From assembly GCA_965235115.1 (NCBI GenBank), contig OZ249441.1:26040001-26104000 (forward strand): 64,000 nt of DNA. Reading direction: 5' to 3'. Positions 38,261-51,197 of this stretch are shown here, piece after piece. Both the position numbers and the translations under genes were made by a program. The notes under the pieces were generated by a model that was not told the DNA's origin, did not search any database, and was given only the letters and a program-made list of their open reading frames with translations. The stretch's first letter is position 1; each line of letters begins with the position of its first letter. This DNA is from Laetmonice hystrix (Eukaryota).

Positions 38261-39240
38261 CTGGACGGCTACGCCATCATTGGTTTGACCACCTCAAAGG
38301 CCCCTGTGAGAGTCTGCGACTACTAGCTACCGTCGTTTTACTTCTAGCCTCCAAAGTTAACTAAAGTGTGATGTAAGCTGAAGCCTGATTAATGTGCTGA
38401 CTCCTTTAATACTACTCGAAGGCAAACGTCTAGAGTAAAAACTAAATTGTACAAGTTATATTTACAACGCAGGAGTCGATATCCTCCAGTAGATTTTGCC
38501 ATTACTTTTGTGTACTTTCATTTGGACGGATAAAAATCGCCGTATAGCTTCACAACATAAAAACGTCAAGCGAGCAATGCGCAATTTATATGCTTTGTTC
38601 ATTGTGGTTGTCTTGATTCATTCACACAGAAGACATAAATTTACCACAGGGTGTTAGTGACAAGTACAAGGCCGGTGCAATATCTTAGCTTGTTTATGGT
38701 CAAATAGACATCGCTATGACAGCCAGACCTCTCAAAGACCCTAAGGGCTCACCTACGGAAATCTCAAGCTACTCTACCCAAAATGATGTATGGCTGACTA
38801 CTCGCTGAAAAAGAAGACACACCGTCAACACTTAACCAAGTCGGCGACATTCTTTCAGTCAGTGCTGATGAAAGAATTGTGTATGCAAAGGGTGATTTCT
38901 CCCTTTTTGGCTTGTTTTAATTGGTATAGTTAGGAAATCACTAGATAGAGGAGAAATCATGCTTATTTGTATTCCCACACCACCATCCTGGCTGAAAAGA
39001 GATTCAACTTTTGGTCTGTTGGACGTGTAAATCATATCGCTTTTTCGATGGATTAATTACTGCAATGTTATACTTCGGCAACTCAGGAATTTAAATCTGA
39101 AGTTGTAAAGACAAAATGAACAAAAAAAGCTCGAGGGAAAGTCTGGAGCTCATCTTCTGGGTAATAGAATCAGACTTCTTCTTGTGGGATGACAAAGTGG
39201 CAATCTTCATAATAAAAGTCACAGGCAGTACTGCGGTTCT

Positions 39241-39419
39241 TCACCGCCAGGCGGCGACAATCAAGTATTTTCCGTTGGGAGGTTCCGCGCAGAGGCCGGG
39301 CGTGTCCATGTAGTGGTGTGCGTTAACGAGCCCTTGACTTTTGTCGAAAAGAGCAGGGAGCTTTCCCAGTGTGCGGGTTTCCCCTGAATCACAATCATTA
39401 TCATCATCGCTTAACTGGA
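39241..39419 (-). CDS. candidate exon
   Basis: Strong acceptor TTTTCATTTATTCAG|, only the phase-1 frame open: VQLSDDDNDCDSGETRTLGKLPALFDKSQGLVNAHHYMDTPGLCAEPPNGKYLIVAAWR*. The donor is uncertain. Confidence 0.22.
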
Positions 39420-39824
39420 CTGAATAAATGAAAACGACTTGTTCCCTTTCTGAAGGTGGACAGCAGTTGCCGACAGAACATAAAGTCTCCCTTAGGACCA
39501 CATCGCATGGACAAGTTGCTCTTCAGGCCTCCTCGGTCCAAGGATACCGACCTCATTCTGTGGCAATCTCAGCCGAATCAGCCAGTCATCCATGACGGAG
39601 TAGTACTGGTTTAATACCATGAATGATGAGGCTGGCCATGGTTTCAGTGGCGGGCAGATCACTGCTTCCATGTGCGTACACTGGGAGCCTGCGGGAGGGC
39701 TCTTACAAACTAAATCCGAACACCAGACGGTCTAATGTTTCTGGGTGGACACTCGCTGAGCCTGCTAAATCAAGCAAAATCCATTGTTCTTAACGTCAAG
39801 TGTAAAAGGTATATGACTCCTGAA

Positions 39825-39926
39825 TAAAAAACCGGAGGTCTTGCTAAGGGTTAAGCTGAACTCTTGTAATTGGCTCTGCTGCTTCGACCGGTCAATCAGA
39901 AGCGTTTAGTTTTGAAAAACTAGGCC
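39825..39926. mobile_element. degenerate MITE fragment, same family as 39984-40115
   Basis: Shares GTCTTGCTAAGGGTTAAGCTGAACT and ATTGG...CAATCAGAA with the neighbouring element. Ends TTTGAAAAACTAGGCC, a PIF/Harbinger-like terminus. Confidence 0.5.
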
Positions 39927-39983
39927 AATGTCCTGCAAGAAGAGGGTACAAAAAGTTCTCCAGCATAGGTGCATCAATGATAA

Positions 39984-40115
39984 GGGCCCAGTTCTTTAAA
40001 AAAAACCTTAGGATCTTGCTGAAGCTTAAGCTGAACTGCTCTGATTGCTGATCGCAACAGATGAGCCAATCAGAACCGTTCAGCTTTAAAAGGCTGAAGC
40101 AAGATCTTGAACTGG
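39984..40115. mobile_element. palindromic MITE, PIF/Harbinger-like
   Basis: Begins TAA|GGGCCCAGTTC and ends GAACTGG. Inner inverted arms are GATCTTGCTGAAGCTTAAGCTGAAC / GTTCAGCTTTAAAAGGCTGAAGCAAGATC and CTGATTG / CAATCAG. Confidence 0.6.
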
Positions 40116-42226
40116 AACTCTATGGACTATTAACAGCTGGTCATCAGGGACCTTTTTATGGTGTTGTTGATCACAGAAGGTTCCAGGTCTATACATGTAG
40201 GTTGGCTTCTATACTATATGAAAGGGCACTGTTCGTATTGGACGGCAGTAGTTATCAGTCCTTTGAGTTTTATTATTGAGCTTCGGAGCAGGAACGTTGT
40301 TTTCACAGCACGAACCTCTCTCGGCTTTCAAAACAGCGGTCAAAAATAGTTCAGCCCTTTTTGAGCATAATGCTCTGTACCAACCAACATCACACCATGA
40401 TAGCCCACGTGAACGGTATCATTCAAAGGGAAGCGTAGGGTGGGCGTAGAGGTGGGTGGGTGGGGCTTCTAGTTCTTTAAATAGTAACTAGGTTGTTTTT
40501 ATTTGGGTGCAACGTGGGCCTGATTTAGATCGGTTGGTCTGGAAGGCAGCCATGTGTGGGAGGCAGATGGCCATAAGGAGCCGCATCTTGCACCTGTAGA
40601 AGGGTAGCGACAGGTGAGGTGGGGGATAGGGTGGGGTACGTGGCGCTCTCCTTCCTCATCAGTTATTGCGCGCTTTCCCGAGCTGGCACTGAGCAAACCC
40701 TACAGAAAACTGCCTTTTATTTAAATAGATCTGTGGGTATTTTACTGGTCATCCCACGATCTACAGCCATACTTAATGAAATACTCGCCATATAATGCGC
40801 TCGGTGAGATGGAGAGATGGCATGAACAGTGCCTGCATGGCAGACATGACCAATGTATGGCAGGTTATCTGCCGTAGTGGGATATCCCTTTGATTGGTTA
40901 TGCTGATGGAAATCGATGGAAAATCGGGCGAGTTGACCTGACTATCTCTAGGATGACCCCTTCCAAATGAATTAATTTTATGAACAGTCAATGGTTATCA
41001 ACAACTAGCCATGCTTATTAATTACAAGTTAGACCAAAGTTGACTTGTTATGAGATATATAACGTGCATCGAGGCATGAACATTTGAAAGATGCTCTATG
41101 AGAGTGATTTCACAGGTCTTGTCTGTGACGGTTTTGACACCAGTGCTCTGATCATTTGACGGATGCCCACTGAATCAGTCATATGTCATATCGTTAAAAG
41201 TTTGTCAATTACTTGCTGCATGTTGGTGGCTTTCTATGAATACTACGGTTTACTGTATAATCAAACTGACCACCTTGATACGATCCTGACCGGACATTGA
41301 GGACTCTTTCATACGATGATGTTGATAAGGATCTATATGTATGTCCATGAAGATCAACTTTGCTCAGCGTGAGAAGAAAAGATGTGAAATTACTCATGTG
41401 GGGATACTGCAAATTGTAGTTTCATAATGAGATATTCTGCAAGTGATGCATATAAAATATATGGTCTGAAGTTTTATTATGAGCTGCGTGCCTCATCGCC
41501 TGAGCCAAGGCCTTCAGCAGAAAGAGAGAGATGGAGAAAGACGGGCTTTTCCCCTGTTCTAGTATCAATCTTCCCTCCTGGGTACCAGCTGATTCTACTG
41601 CGGTCCGCCGCCGCCATTCAGCAGTAGTCGATCGCCTTCCCCGGCAGTCGTAGTGTGAGAAAGTACGAGGATGCCGAAGGGTTATAAGTACAACCCCACC
41701 CCCACCCTCTGACGCCTACACCCCCCACTGAGCGGTGCGTACACTACCTGCCAATCAGCACCAGGTATAGGAGAGGAAACACGCCGGCTATGTACGTACG
41801 TATGCGCCAGGCCTCAGCTTCATTCACATCACCCACTGGAGTCTGACTCCGGACTTCTGCTCCCAGAACGCAGCCACAAGGCCAACAGCCAGCTGCGACC
41901 GGGGGCGGGGGAAAGCGGAGGTTTTTTTAAACCTTATAAGGTCAGAGGTTGTTTTGGCCTCAGTTCAGTTGAGGAAGGATGAGGGAGGTCGGCAGCGGAG
42001 GGCATCCTTGAGTCAGTAGGGAGCTCGCAAACACTTTCCTGGGTAGTGTTTTTAGGACGGGTCAATGACTGCCAAGCTTATCTGTACACGGAAATCAAGG
42101 CAGCACGTAGACTTTGAATGTGTACAGAATGCGGGGAACAGGAATGATATATTGTTTGAGTGAAGTTGTCTAGGTCATCGGGAAACATCGGTCCTGGGTC
42201 CGACTTGTAGAAGTTACTGGTGCAAA

Positions 42227-42357
42227 NNNNNNNNNNNNNNNNNNNNNNNNNNNNNNNNNNNNNNNNNNNNNNNNNNNNNNNNNNNNNNNNNNNNNNNNNN
42301 NNNNNNNNNNNNNNNNNNNNNNNNNNNNNNNNNNNNNNNNNNNNNNNNNNNNNNNNN
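42227..42357. other. assembly gap (131 N)
   Basis: Run of N flanked by A-runs. Confidence 1.
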
Positions 42358-44666
42358 AAAACTTTCTATCTCCTCGGAATCTCCTACGCGTGTACTTTAT
42401 TCGCGGAGAGAGTAAGTTATTAATTTTAATTACCAGTGCTTGGCAGAATCTATATTGAGATTGCGGTTATGGTGTCTGGAATAAAGTCTGGAATGCAGTC
42501 AGTTTTTGACCGACGGATATCCTGCCACTGGATTCAGCCATGAATCCGACAACAAAGGAGAAGAATGATGTTTTACTGAAGACTTTATCCTTCATGTGAA
42601 ACCAGTAAAACACACAAATTTGTCTTCGAAGTTGCCGTAATAAAAAGCTGATTAAGGGATTCACTTTTGAAGAAGTCATTAATACCTTGGACGTATAAAC
42701 TGATAAAAGAATCGGGACAAAATATTGTTAAGATAAGGGAACTTTTATGCCACAGTGGTCTGTAGTGACACATTACGGTGAGGAGATATAAAGGAGTGGT
42801 CATGAGAAACAAATGTCAGAAACTGCAGCTCTCCTCAGAATGGAGACGGAAGTCGGTATTGATAATGGAGGCAGTCTCCACTATGATACTGATGGCAGAC
42901 GATCGTCTTAACGCGTGCACATTCACTCAGTTGGACCATACATCTCTGGACAGACGTGGGAAGTACGTACTGTCCAGCCAGCCGCAATCTGTCGCCAAGT
43001 ATATGGCCTGTTCGCCAAACTGCTGTGAGGACGACCTTATCGAAAGAGGAAAATAGTGGCTAGAAACATACAGTAGTGTTACATGGGCTGGACCTCAGAC
43101 TGATGAACGGAATCCGGAGATGCATAGTCGGCGCAAAAATGGAGAGTTATGCCGTCCAAACTTAAGTTAAATTGTGGACGCAGCAAACGTACTGCTGCTG
43201 CTTGAGATTGGTGTCCTGACACAGACAGCCCCCCACCAATCCCCGCTCCCAGCCCGCCTCATTGATATCTGAACCAAACAGCACTAGTCGATAAGGACTA
43301 TGTTTTTTCCCCTGAATCTTACTGTAATGGAGAGAAAGAAAGAGCTGTTTTCTTACACTGGTTAGTACGATTATATCGGAATTATGGTGATTTATGAAGT
43401 GATTATCCATATAATAACTCTGATTTTCGGGTAGGAGATTTGCCTTGGTGTTTTTTTAGTGTGTTAGAGAAGTGTATAAGTATTTGGAGTCAACAGGATA
43501 CCAACACCAGCTGTTCTTGTGCTGAGGCATTTATCGCATTTATCAACGAGGGAAAATAGCTAAGAGTATAACAGTGTACGGAATTGTAAGAGAATGTTGC
43601 TGCAACCAGGCATTGCAACAACCATTAACTTTGGTCGCCAATTTGGTTAAACGAGATACACCCTCCCAGCAGGCAATATACGGAGAGATGACATCCGTCC
43701 GACTTTCCACCTTTCCACACTGGGGTGGATCCCGGTTTAGTGGAGGGTGAGTAGGGTGGGCTGGGGGTGGTTGCTGAACAGTGTAGCGAGAGAGTTTTTT
43801 TAGTTGTTGTCTTTAATCTCAAAATCCGATCAAACTGAGATTGAAATATATGGTTCAATTAAGAAAGAGCCCAAAACGGGTTGAGCTGGACATTCCACAA
43901 TCTCGAGAGTTACTCAGTATTTAGAATAAGTAAACACTGCTGTCTACATCTTAAATTATTAACGGTTCAGGTCCTAAAGTGCATAGCCGGTATGTTTAAT
44001 TACGCTGTTGTGAGATGCGTTCAGTAAAGTACTTTGACATGAGACATTTTAAGTGTTATAGAATCGGAGTCAAAGACCCATCGCTATAAGAAATGCCCTC
44101 TTAAATCTCATTTACGACCCAGTGATGTAAGCGTGGAATTATTTTAAGGAATGTTTGGGGAAAAGACTGAATGTATACATATGTCATGTTGGTTCTTAGT
44201 CAGCACTTTCTGATGAGTTTATTTGGCCATTCGTTCAACACTCCTAAAACAATCAAACGAAAGCAGTAAAAAGACCCAATAATGCGTTATGTAGGTTTAC
44301 ATGAATGTTGCCATCCGCAAACTGTAGTACTGGGAACGAAAGCCGAGGCCTGGCAGTTGTGTACGAGGAAATAGAAACCCACAGTTAAGTTGAAGTGTGA
44401 ACATGATATATAACGTATTGTGGTGGCAGGAAGTAGTGTGAGGAGTTTTTTACCCCGAGGGGAGAGGTGTCTGATAGACTGATAGTGAGTGGGAGAAGTC
44501 TCCCGGCCGGCCGACCAACCGACCGAGTTCGCCTCGGTCCTCTCCGTGAATCGGTGCCGGTGTAAACACGTCGTCCGCGCCCGGTCACCAATCGGAAGGG
44601 ATCGAGTGCTCCGCATACCGAGTCTGATCTGACGCCGATATATCAACGACATGAACTGCAGCTTAC

Positions 44667-44695
44667 CTTTAACCTTTGAAGGTCACCTCTGCCTC
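44667..44695 (-). CDS. candidate micro-exon (29 nt)
   Basis: Long polypyrimidine acceptor CTTCTCCCTTTGGCCCTCGACCTTCTCAG| and consensus donor AAG|GTAAGC. The phase-1 frame gives (G)GRGDLQRLK. Confidence 0.3.
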
Positions 44696-44869
44696 CTGAG
44701 AAGGTCGAGGGCCAAAGGGAGAAGTAAGTGTAAAATGATTGTAGAGTTGAAGCATGTTGAAGTTATATGGACACAATCTGCGGTGAGGGTAGGCGGATAG
44801 GTGGTCATTGAAAGGAGAAAAGGCTACATCACTCCATTCGGTGTATGGCTGTTGTTGTTTCAAACTATT

Positions 44870-45255
44870 AGATGATTGGGGGTGGCCGCATCACCCCATT
44901 AGATGAGTGGTTGTGGCCGCATCACCCCATTAGATGAGTGGTTGTGGCCGCATCACCCCATTAGATGAGTGGTTGTGGCCGCATCACCCCATTAGATGAG
45001 TGGTTGTGGCTGCATCACCGCATTAGATGAGTGGTTGTGGCTGCATCACCGCATTAGATGAGTGGTTGTGGCTGCATCACCGCATTAGATGAGTGGTTGT
45101 GGCCGCATCACCCCATTAGACGAGTGGTTGTGGCCGCATCACCCCATTAGATGAGTGGTTGTGGCCGCAGCCGTAGCACCCCATTGGATGATTGGCTGCG
45201 GCCGTAGCACCCCATTGGATGATTGGCTGCGGCCGTAGCACCCCATTGGATGACT
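44870..45255. repeat. 31-bp minisatellite in two sequence variants
   Basis: About 9-10 copies of CATCACCCCATTAGATGAGTGGTTGTGGCCG, then about 3 copies of CCGTAGCACCCCATTGGATGATTGGCTGCGG. Confidence 0.95.
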
Positions 45256-45947
45256 GCTCGTTGTAAAAAGCGTGGCCATATAAATACGGTGTATATAATG
45301 TACACGCACAGGTAGTCGGGAGTGCTCGGAATGTCCGGATGCCAAGACATTCATCTGATGTAGGTGGGCGGACATGGGAATCTTTCCTTCCTGGAGGCAG
45401 GGGTTACAACGGGAACCCAGAGGGGAAGGCTATGGAAAGACCGTACCGTCTGAACGAACGAGGGGGTTGGGGAGAGTGAGAAAGACAGAGGGAGGGAGGG
45501 AGGGAGGAGGGGAGAGAAACATAGCCTAGTTTGTTAAAAAAAAGGTGAAAATTATTATGTCAAATAATGATATGAGGGTAATAATGATTTTAGCACCACA
45601 TGTAATAATTAATTACTCGTAGAAAATGTTCCAGAGAATTCTGTCAGGAATGGATTTTGGTTCCGTGTAATTCATTTGTTTCAACATACATGTATTATAC
45701 ACTTACATTTTGATAAACTCTTCCTTGCTGTGTCACACTCACAGACAGGAATTTCCTCAAATGTTCACTCACAGGGAAATAGGAAACTGGCGAGGGTAAA
45801 TTTTAAAGGCCGCGGAAGAATAGGCGCACACGAGAGGTCCAAATATGAATTTCGCGAAAATTTTAAAACATATGACATATTTATGTACTTTGTTTCCTAC
45901 TGTTGAACGTGCAGTACATGATACCCGCCTTCCGTTATCTGTTACAG

Positions 45948-46070
45948 TTGTGAGTGCCGACTCCTCGTCAATCATCGATCTCATGCAACATGTGGGAAGG
46001 AATGCGTCTCACGCCATGATGAAGTCCATTCCAGGATCCAGTGGTGGTGCCACCGCATATTACCTGCAAG
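45948..46070 (+). CDS. candidate symmetric exon (123 nt), plus strand
   Basis: Acceptor TTATCTGTTACAG|, donor AAG|GTAGGA. Two frames are open, e.g. VVSADSSSIIDLMQHVGRNASHAMMKSIPGSSGGATAYYLQ(G). Confidence 0.2.
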
Positions 46071-46550
46071 GTAGGAACCCTCCTTCAACATCTTAATTCG
46101 CTTATCCCTCTCCGATATATTACCCCCAAAGTAGGAACCCTACCTCCTTCAACATCTTAATTCGCTTACTCCTCTCAGAGATGTTACCTCCATGGTAGGA
46201 CCCCTCCTTCAAAATCGCCCCTTACCCTCTCAGAGATGTTGCCTCCAAGGTAGGACCCCTCCTTTAACATCGCCCCTTACCCTCTCAGAGGTGTTACCTC
46301 CAAGGTAGGACCCCTCCTTCAACATCGCCCCTTACCCTCTCAGAGATGTTGCCTCCAAGGTAGGACCCCTCCTTCAACATCGCCCCTTACCCTCTCAGAG
46401 GTGTTACCTCCAAGGTAGGACCCCTCCTTCAACATCGCCCCTTACCCTCTCAGAGGTGTTACCTCCAAGGTAGGACCCCTCCTTCAACATCGCCCCTTAC
46501 CCTGTCAGAGATGTTACCTCCAAGGTAGGACCCGCCCCTTCAACATCGCT
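46067..46550. repeat. 55-bp minisatellite, about 8.5 copies
   Basis: Unit CAAGGTAGGACCCCTCCTTCAACATCGCCCCTTACCCTCTCAGAGGTGTTACCTC (period 55: 46301, 46356). The first two units are diverged and longer. Confidence 0.95.
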
Positions 46551-47247
46551 CCTTGCCTGCTCAGCGTTGGAAACTAGATGTTACATAAAGTAAAGGGGAT
46601 GTGTTATTAAACGCATCCTTTGGACCATGGAGTAATGACCCCCGACCCTGTTGTAATGGCATCTACCCCTAAATAAGTACAAATACAAACTACATCTGAA
46701 CGAAACTGTATATTTAGCGTGGTCTTCAAAGAAGGCTATAAGATACTATGTAAGAGCAGGGTTATGCCCCATGCCTGTATTATATAAACTTACGTGTTAG
46801 TGACCATTCCGCCGGCAGGAGGAATAGGGAGGGTCGTTTGGCCCGAATCTCCTGAGGGGCACAGCAGGTATAGCGAGCTCCGTGGACATAAAGGGAGCAG
46901 AAAAGGCGACTGTGTGTAAATAGTTGATTTAAACTCCAACATTTTAACCCCGGGCAACGTCGGCCGCGCGGCACTGTGGTTTCTTTGTGTGTCGGTACAT
47001 TGAAGGGGGGGGGGGGGGGGGGGGGTTGAGGGGGTTATTATAATTTTTTTCCCCATCTGGTTATCACGTATCCAAGAAGGGCTAACTTAACGAAAAGCCC
47101 AGTATACGAGTGGAATTCAAGGTAGATACAGCCTATATAAATATACAGGGTGTTTCACAAATGTTTGCCTTTTTATCATTTAAAGGGTGTTTTGAGTGTG
47201 ATGGTGTATTTTTGTTAAGAATGGTATGGGGAATCATTCTAGTAATA

Positions 47248-48580
47248 GTCGTGTTTCATGTCTAAAAATGTAAAATAAAGCTAGACTGGTGCAAAAAGAC
47301 GTAGCAGAGAGGTTCCCACAAGCAACCCAATCTTTAGTCTAAGAAGGACTATGTGATGGGACTGGGATTTCTTTCTCTCGGCCAGTATTGTGGCTATGGC
47401 CATGTTTATCAATCTGCTGGCTCTGCATTGTGGTTGGAACCGTCCCCATCAAACTGCTGGCTCTGTATTGTGGTTGGGACCGTCCCCATCAAACTGCTGG
47501 CTCTGTATTGTGGTTGGAACCGTCCCCATCAAACTGCTGGCTCTGTATTGTGGTTGGAACCGTCCCCATCAAACTGCTGGCTCTGTATTTTGGTTGGAAC
47601 CGTCCCCATCAAACTGCTGGCTCTGTATTTTGGTTGGAACCGTCCCCATCAAACTGCTGGCTCTGTATTTTTGTTGGGACCGTCTCCATCAAACTGCTGG
47701 CTCTGTATTGTGGTTGGAACCGTCCCCATCAAACTGCTGGCTCTGTATTGTGGTTGGAACCGTCCCCATCAAACTGCTGGCTCTGTATTGTGGTTGGAAC
47801 CGTCCCGTCGTGTTTCATGTCATGTTTCATGTCTAAAAAATGTGAAATAAAGCTAGACTGGTGCAAAAAGACGTAGCAGAGAGGTTCCCACAAGCAACCC
47901 AATCTTTAGTCTAAGAAGGACTATGTGATGGGACTGGGATTTCTTTCTCTCGGCCTGTATTGTGGCTATGGCCATGTCTATCAATCTGCTGGCGCTGCAT
48001 TGTGGTTGGAACCGTCCCCATCAAACTGCTGGCTCTGTATTTTGGTTGGAACCGTCCCCTTCAAACTGCTGGCTCTGTATTGTGGTTGGAACCGTCCCCA
48101 TCAAACTGCTGGCTCTGTATTTTGGTTGGAACCGTCCCCTTCAAACTGCTGGCTCTGTATTGTGGTTGGAACCGTCCCCTTCAAACTGCTGGCTCTGTAT
48201 TGTGGTTGGAACCGTCCCCATCAAACTGCTGGCTTTGAATTGTGGTTGAAACCGTCCCCATCAAACTGCTGGCTCTGTATTGTGGTTGAAACCGTCCCCA
48301 TCAAACTACTGGCTCTGTATTGTGGTTGGAACCGTCCCCATCAAACTGCTGGCTCTGTATTGTGGTTGGGACCGTCCCCATCAAACTGCTGGCTCTGTAG
48401 TGTGGTTGGAACCGTCCCCATCAAACTACTGGCTCTGTATTGTGGTTGGGACCGTCCCCATCAAACTGCTGGCTCTGCATGGTGGTTGGGACCGTCCCCA
48501 TCTGGCTCTGTATTGTGGCCTGGTCCCTCCACATCAAAGTGCCAGTTCTGTATTCAGGTTGGGACAATCCCTCTCAAATT
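47248..48580. repeat. tandem duplication of a module made of about 170 bp unique header plus a 40-bp minisatellite array
   Basis: Header GTCGTGTTTCATGTC...GGACTATGTGATGGGACTGGG... occurs at 47248 and 47807. Each copy is followed by (GGCTCTGTATTGTGGTTGGAACCGTCCCCATCAAACTGCT)n, about 10 and about 13-14 copies. Confidence 0.93.
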
Positions 48581-49625
48581 GCCATTTGTACATTGATGTA
48601 GATAGGGCCCGGAGATTCCTGGAATCTGAGGTCTGGATAGTGTTGCCACCATCTGGCTGGGGGGCGAACATGATCGGACTGCATTTTTCGCGTCCCAAAC
48701 CCTGTCATGTACCATACACATTAAACCTATCCACTGATGTCAAGGGCACAGGGTCAGAGCCCCAAGGTCAAAGGTAGGGTCAGCCGGTGAGATTGAAAGT
48801 CAACTGAACATGTTTCTCGGATCAGACTTGGACTTGGATTTCAGCGGTTCTACTTTTTACGATCTAGGGGGACTGCTACACTAAAATTGCAGTTTGATTG
48901 CCGCTGCATGAGGATGCACCCATTCGTATGGAACTTTTTCCTTATCAATGTCTTACATGTCAACGTTGATTCTGCCTTTCGCACAGCCCTGAGATCAGAA
49001 GTTAATGGGGACGTGTTTTGATGTTAGCTGTGTTGAGGTTTTCTAAACAAGTTTTAAGCAGATGAGAGAAGTCATATATTACAAAGAATGAACAAAAAGC
49101 AAACACATTTGGTTTCAGGTTTGTAGAATTGATTGATCTCAATGGTCTTACCTACAGTTACTTGGTGCGCCGGTGGCCATGGTGGTGGTGGTGGGGGGGG
49201 GGGGGGGATCTACGTGAGTGGGTGGGTCTGAGGTGAGGGGTTGGGTTGAGTTTGGATGGGGTGAGAAGGTGGGATAGGATGGGGTGCCTAAATCTCTGCT
49301 GGGGACCAGCACCAGATAGCCCCAATGATAAGCCAGCCCCCAGCAGGCCGGACCACCCAGACAGTGCTCGCTCAACCGGTAACCCTCCACTGTCATAACT
49401 TACATCACCGCTCTTGTCTCATCGTCGGCCTTTCTGATGTGGTTAAATTAAAGGCATGTCGGAGCTGCGAGGTGGAGAGAGACGTTTTTTAAGGGTTGGG
49501 GGTGGGGGTGGGGGTGATAGGAGCTGCATGACTGCCGATTGCTGAGATATGTGGCGGAACGGATTATAGGACACGTATAGTTGGTCGGTATTGGGCGATG
49601 GGACTGGCCGGTCACGCGGGGGTAT

Positions 49626-51037
49626 CTGTCCGTCAGTGAACGGCCCGGGGCAGGACCTTGGAAGAATATTCCTTCAGTCACAGACACACATGGCGCTAAC
49701 TGTCCGTCAGTGAACGGCCCGGGGCAGGACCTTGGAGGAATATTCCTTCAGTCACAGACACACATGGCGCTAACTGTCCGTCAGTGAACGGCCCGGGGCA
49801 GGACCTTGGAGGAATATTCCTTCAATCACAGACACACATGGCGCTAACTGTCCGTCAGTGAACGGCCCAGGGCAGGACCTTGGAGGAATATTCCTTCAAT
49901 CACAGACACACATGGCGCTAACTGTCCGTCAGTGAACGGCCCAGGGCAGGACCTTGGAGGAATATTCCTTCAATCACAGACACACATGGCACTAACTGTC
50001 CGTCAGTGAACGGCCCGGGGCAGGACCTTGGAGGAATATTCCTTCAATCACAGACACACATGGCGCTAACTGTCCGTCAGTAAACGGGCCGGGGTGTCAC
50101 ACAGGGACAGGGCGCTAACTGTCCGTCAGTGAACGGCCCGGGGCAGGACCTTGGAGGAATATTCCTTCAATCACAGACACACATGGCGCTAACTGTCCGT
50201 CAGTGAACGGCCCGGGGCAGGACCTTGGAGGAATATTCCTTCAGTCACAGACACACATGGCGCTAACTGTCCGTCAGTGAACGGCCCGGGGCAGGACCTT
50301 GGAGGAATATTCCTTCAATCACAGACACACATGGCGCTAACTGTCCGTCAGTAAACGGGCCGGGGTGTCACACAGGGACAGGGCGCTAACTGTCCGTCAG
50401 TGAACGGCCCGGGGCAGGACCTTGGAGGAATATTCCTTCAGTCACAGACACACATGGCGCTAACTGTCCGTCAGTGAACGGCCCGGGGCAGGACCTTGGA
50501 GGAATATTCCTTCAGTCACAGACACACATGGCGCTAACTGTCCGTCAGTGAACGGCCCAGGGCAGGACCTTGGAGGAATATTCCTTCAGTCACAGACACA
50601 CATGGCGCTAACTGTCCGTCAGTGAACGGCCCGGGGCAGGACCTTGGAGGAATATTCCTTCAGTCACAGACACACATGGCACTAACTGTCCGTCAGTGAA
50701 CGGCCCGGGGCAGGACCTTTGAGGAATATTCCTTCAATCACAGACACACATGGCGCTAACTGTCCGCCAGTAAACGGGCCGGGGTGTCACACAGAGACAG
50801 GGCGCTAACTGTCCGTCAGTGAACGAGTCGGGCGACAGGGCGCTAACTGTCCGTCTGTGAATGAGCCGGGCGACAGGGCGCTAACTGTCCGTCAGTGAAC
50901 GAGCGGGGTGACAGGGCGCTAACTGTCCGTCAGTGAGCGGGCTGGGGTGTCACACAGAGACAGGGCGCTAACTGTCCCTCAGTGAGCGGGCCGGGGTGTC
51001 ACACAGAGACAGGGCGCTAACTGTCCGTCAGTGAACG
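49626..51037. repeat. composite minisatellite of 74-, 49- and about 38-bp units sharing a constant core
   Basis: The core GGCGCTAACTGTCCGTCAGT separates three kinds of filler. The 49-bp units at 50070, 50341 and 50760 are spaced by 3 and 5 copies of the 74-mer. Confidence 0.96.
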
Positions 51038-51197
51038 AACGAGCCGAAGTGTCACGCAGAGTGCGCTCCTGTCCACCTCCTCCAGTCAGGAATCCTGGAG
51101 ACCGCCCCCCCCCCGGGCTGGGTGGCGTGACCTGGCTGTCCTCCGATCCCAGCCTCAGGACGGAGGATGGAGGGAGACAGACCTCGAGCAGGAGGAG

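Noticed and set aside
39290-39320. GTPase, from the YMDTPGL string
   Set aside because: No P-loop (GxxxxGKS/T) or other G motifs were found in compatible exons.
47353-48777. Cys/Trp-rich ORFs with hydrophobic starts
   Set aside because: They are translations of the 40-bp array cycling through all three frames.
49626-51037. CRISPR array
   Set aside because: The spacers are repeated copies of three fillers rather than unique sequences, there are no cas genes, and the context is eukaryotic.
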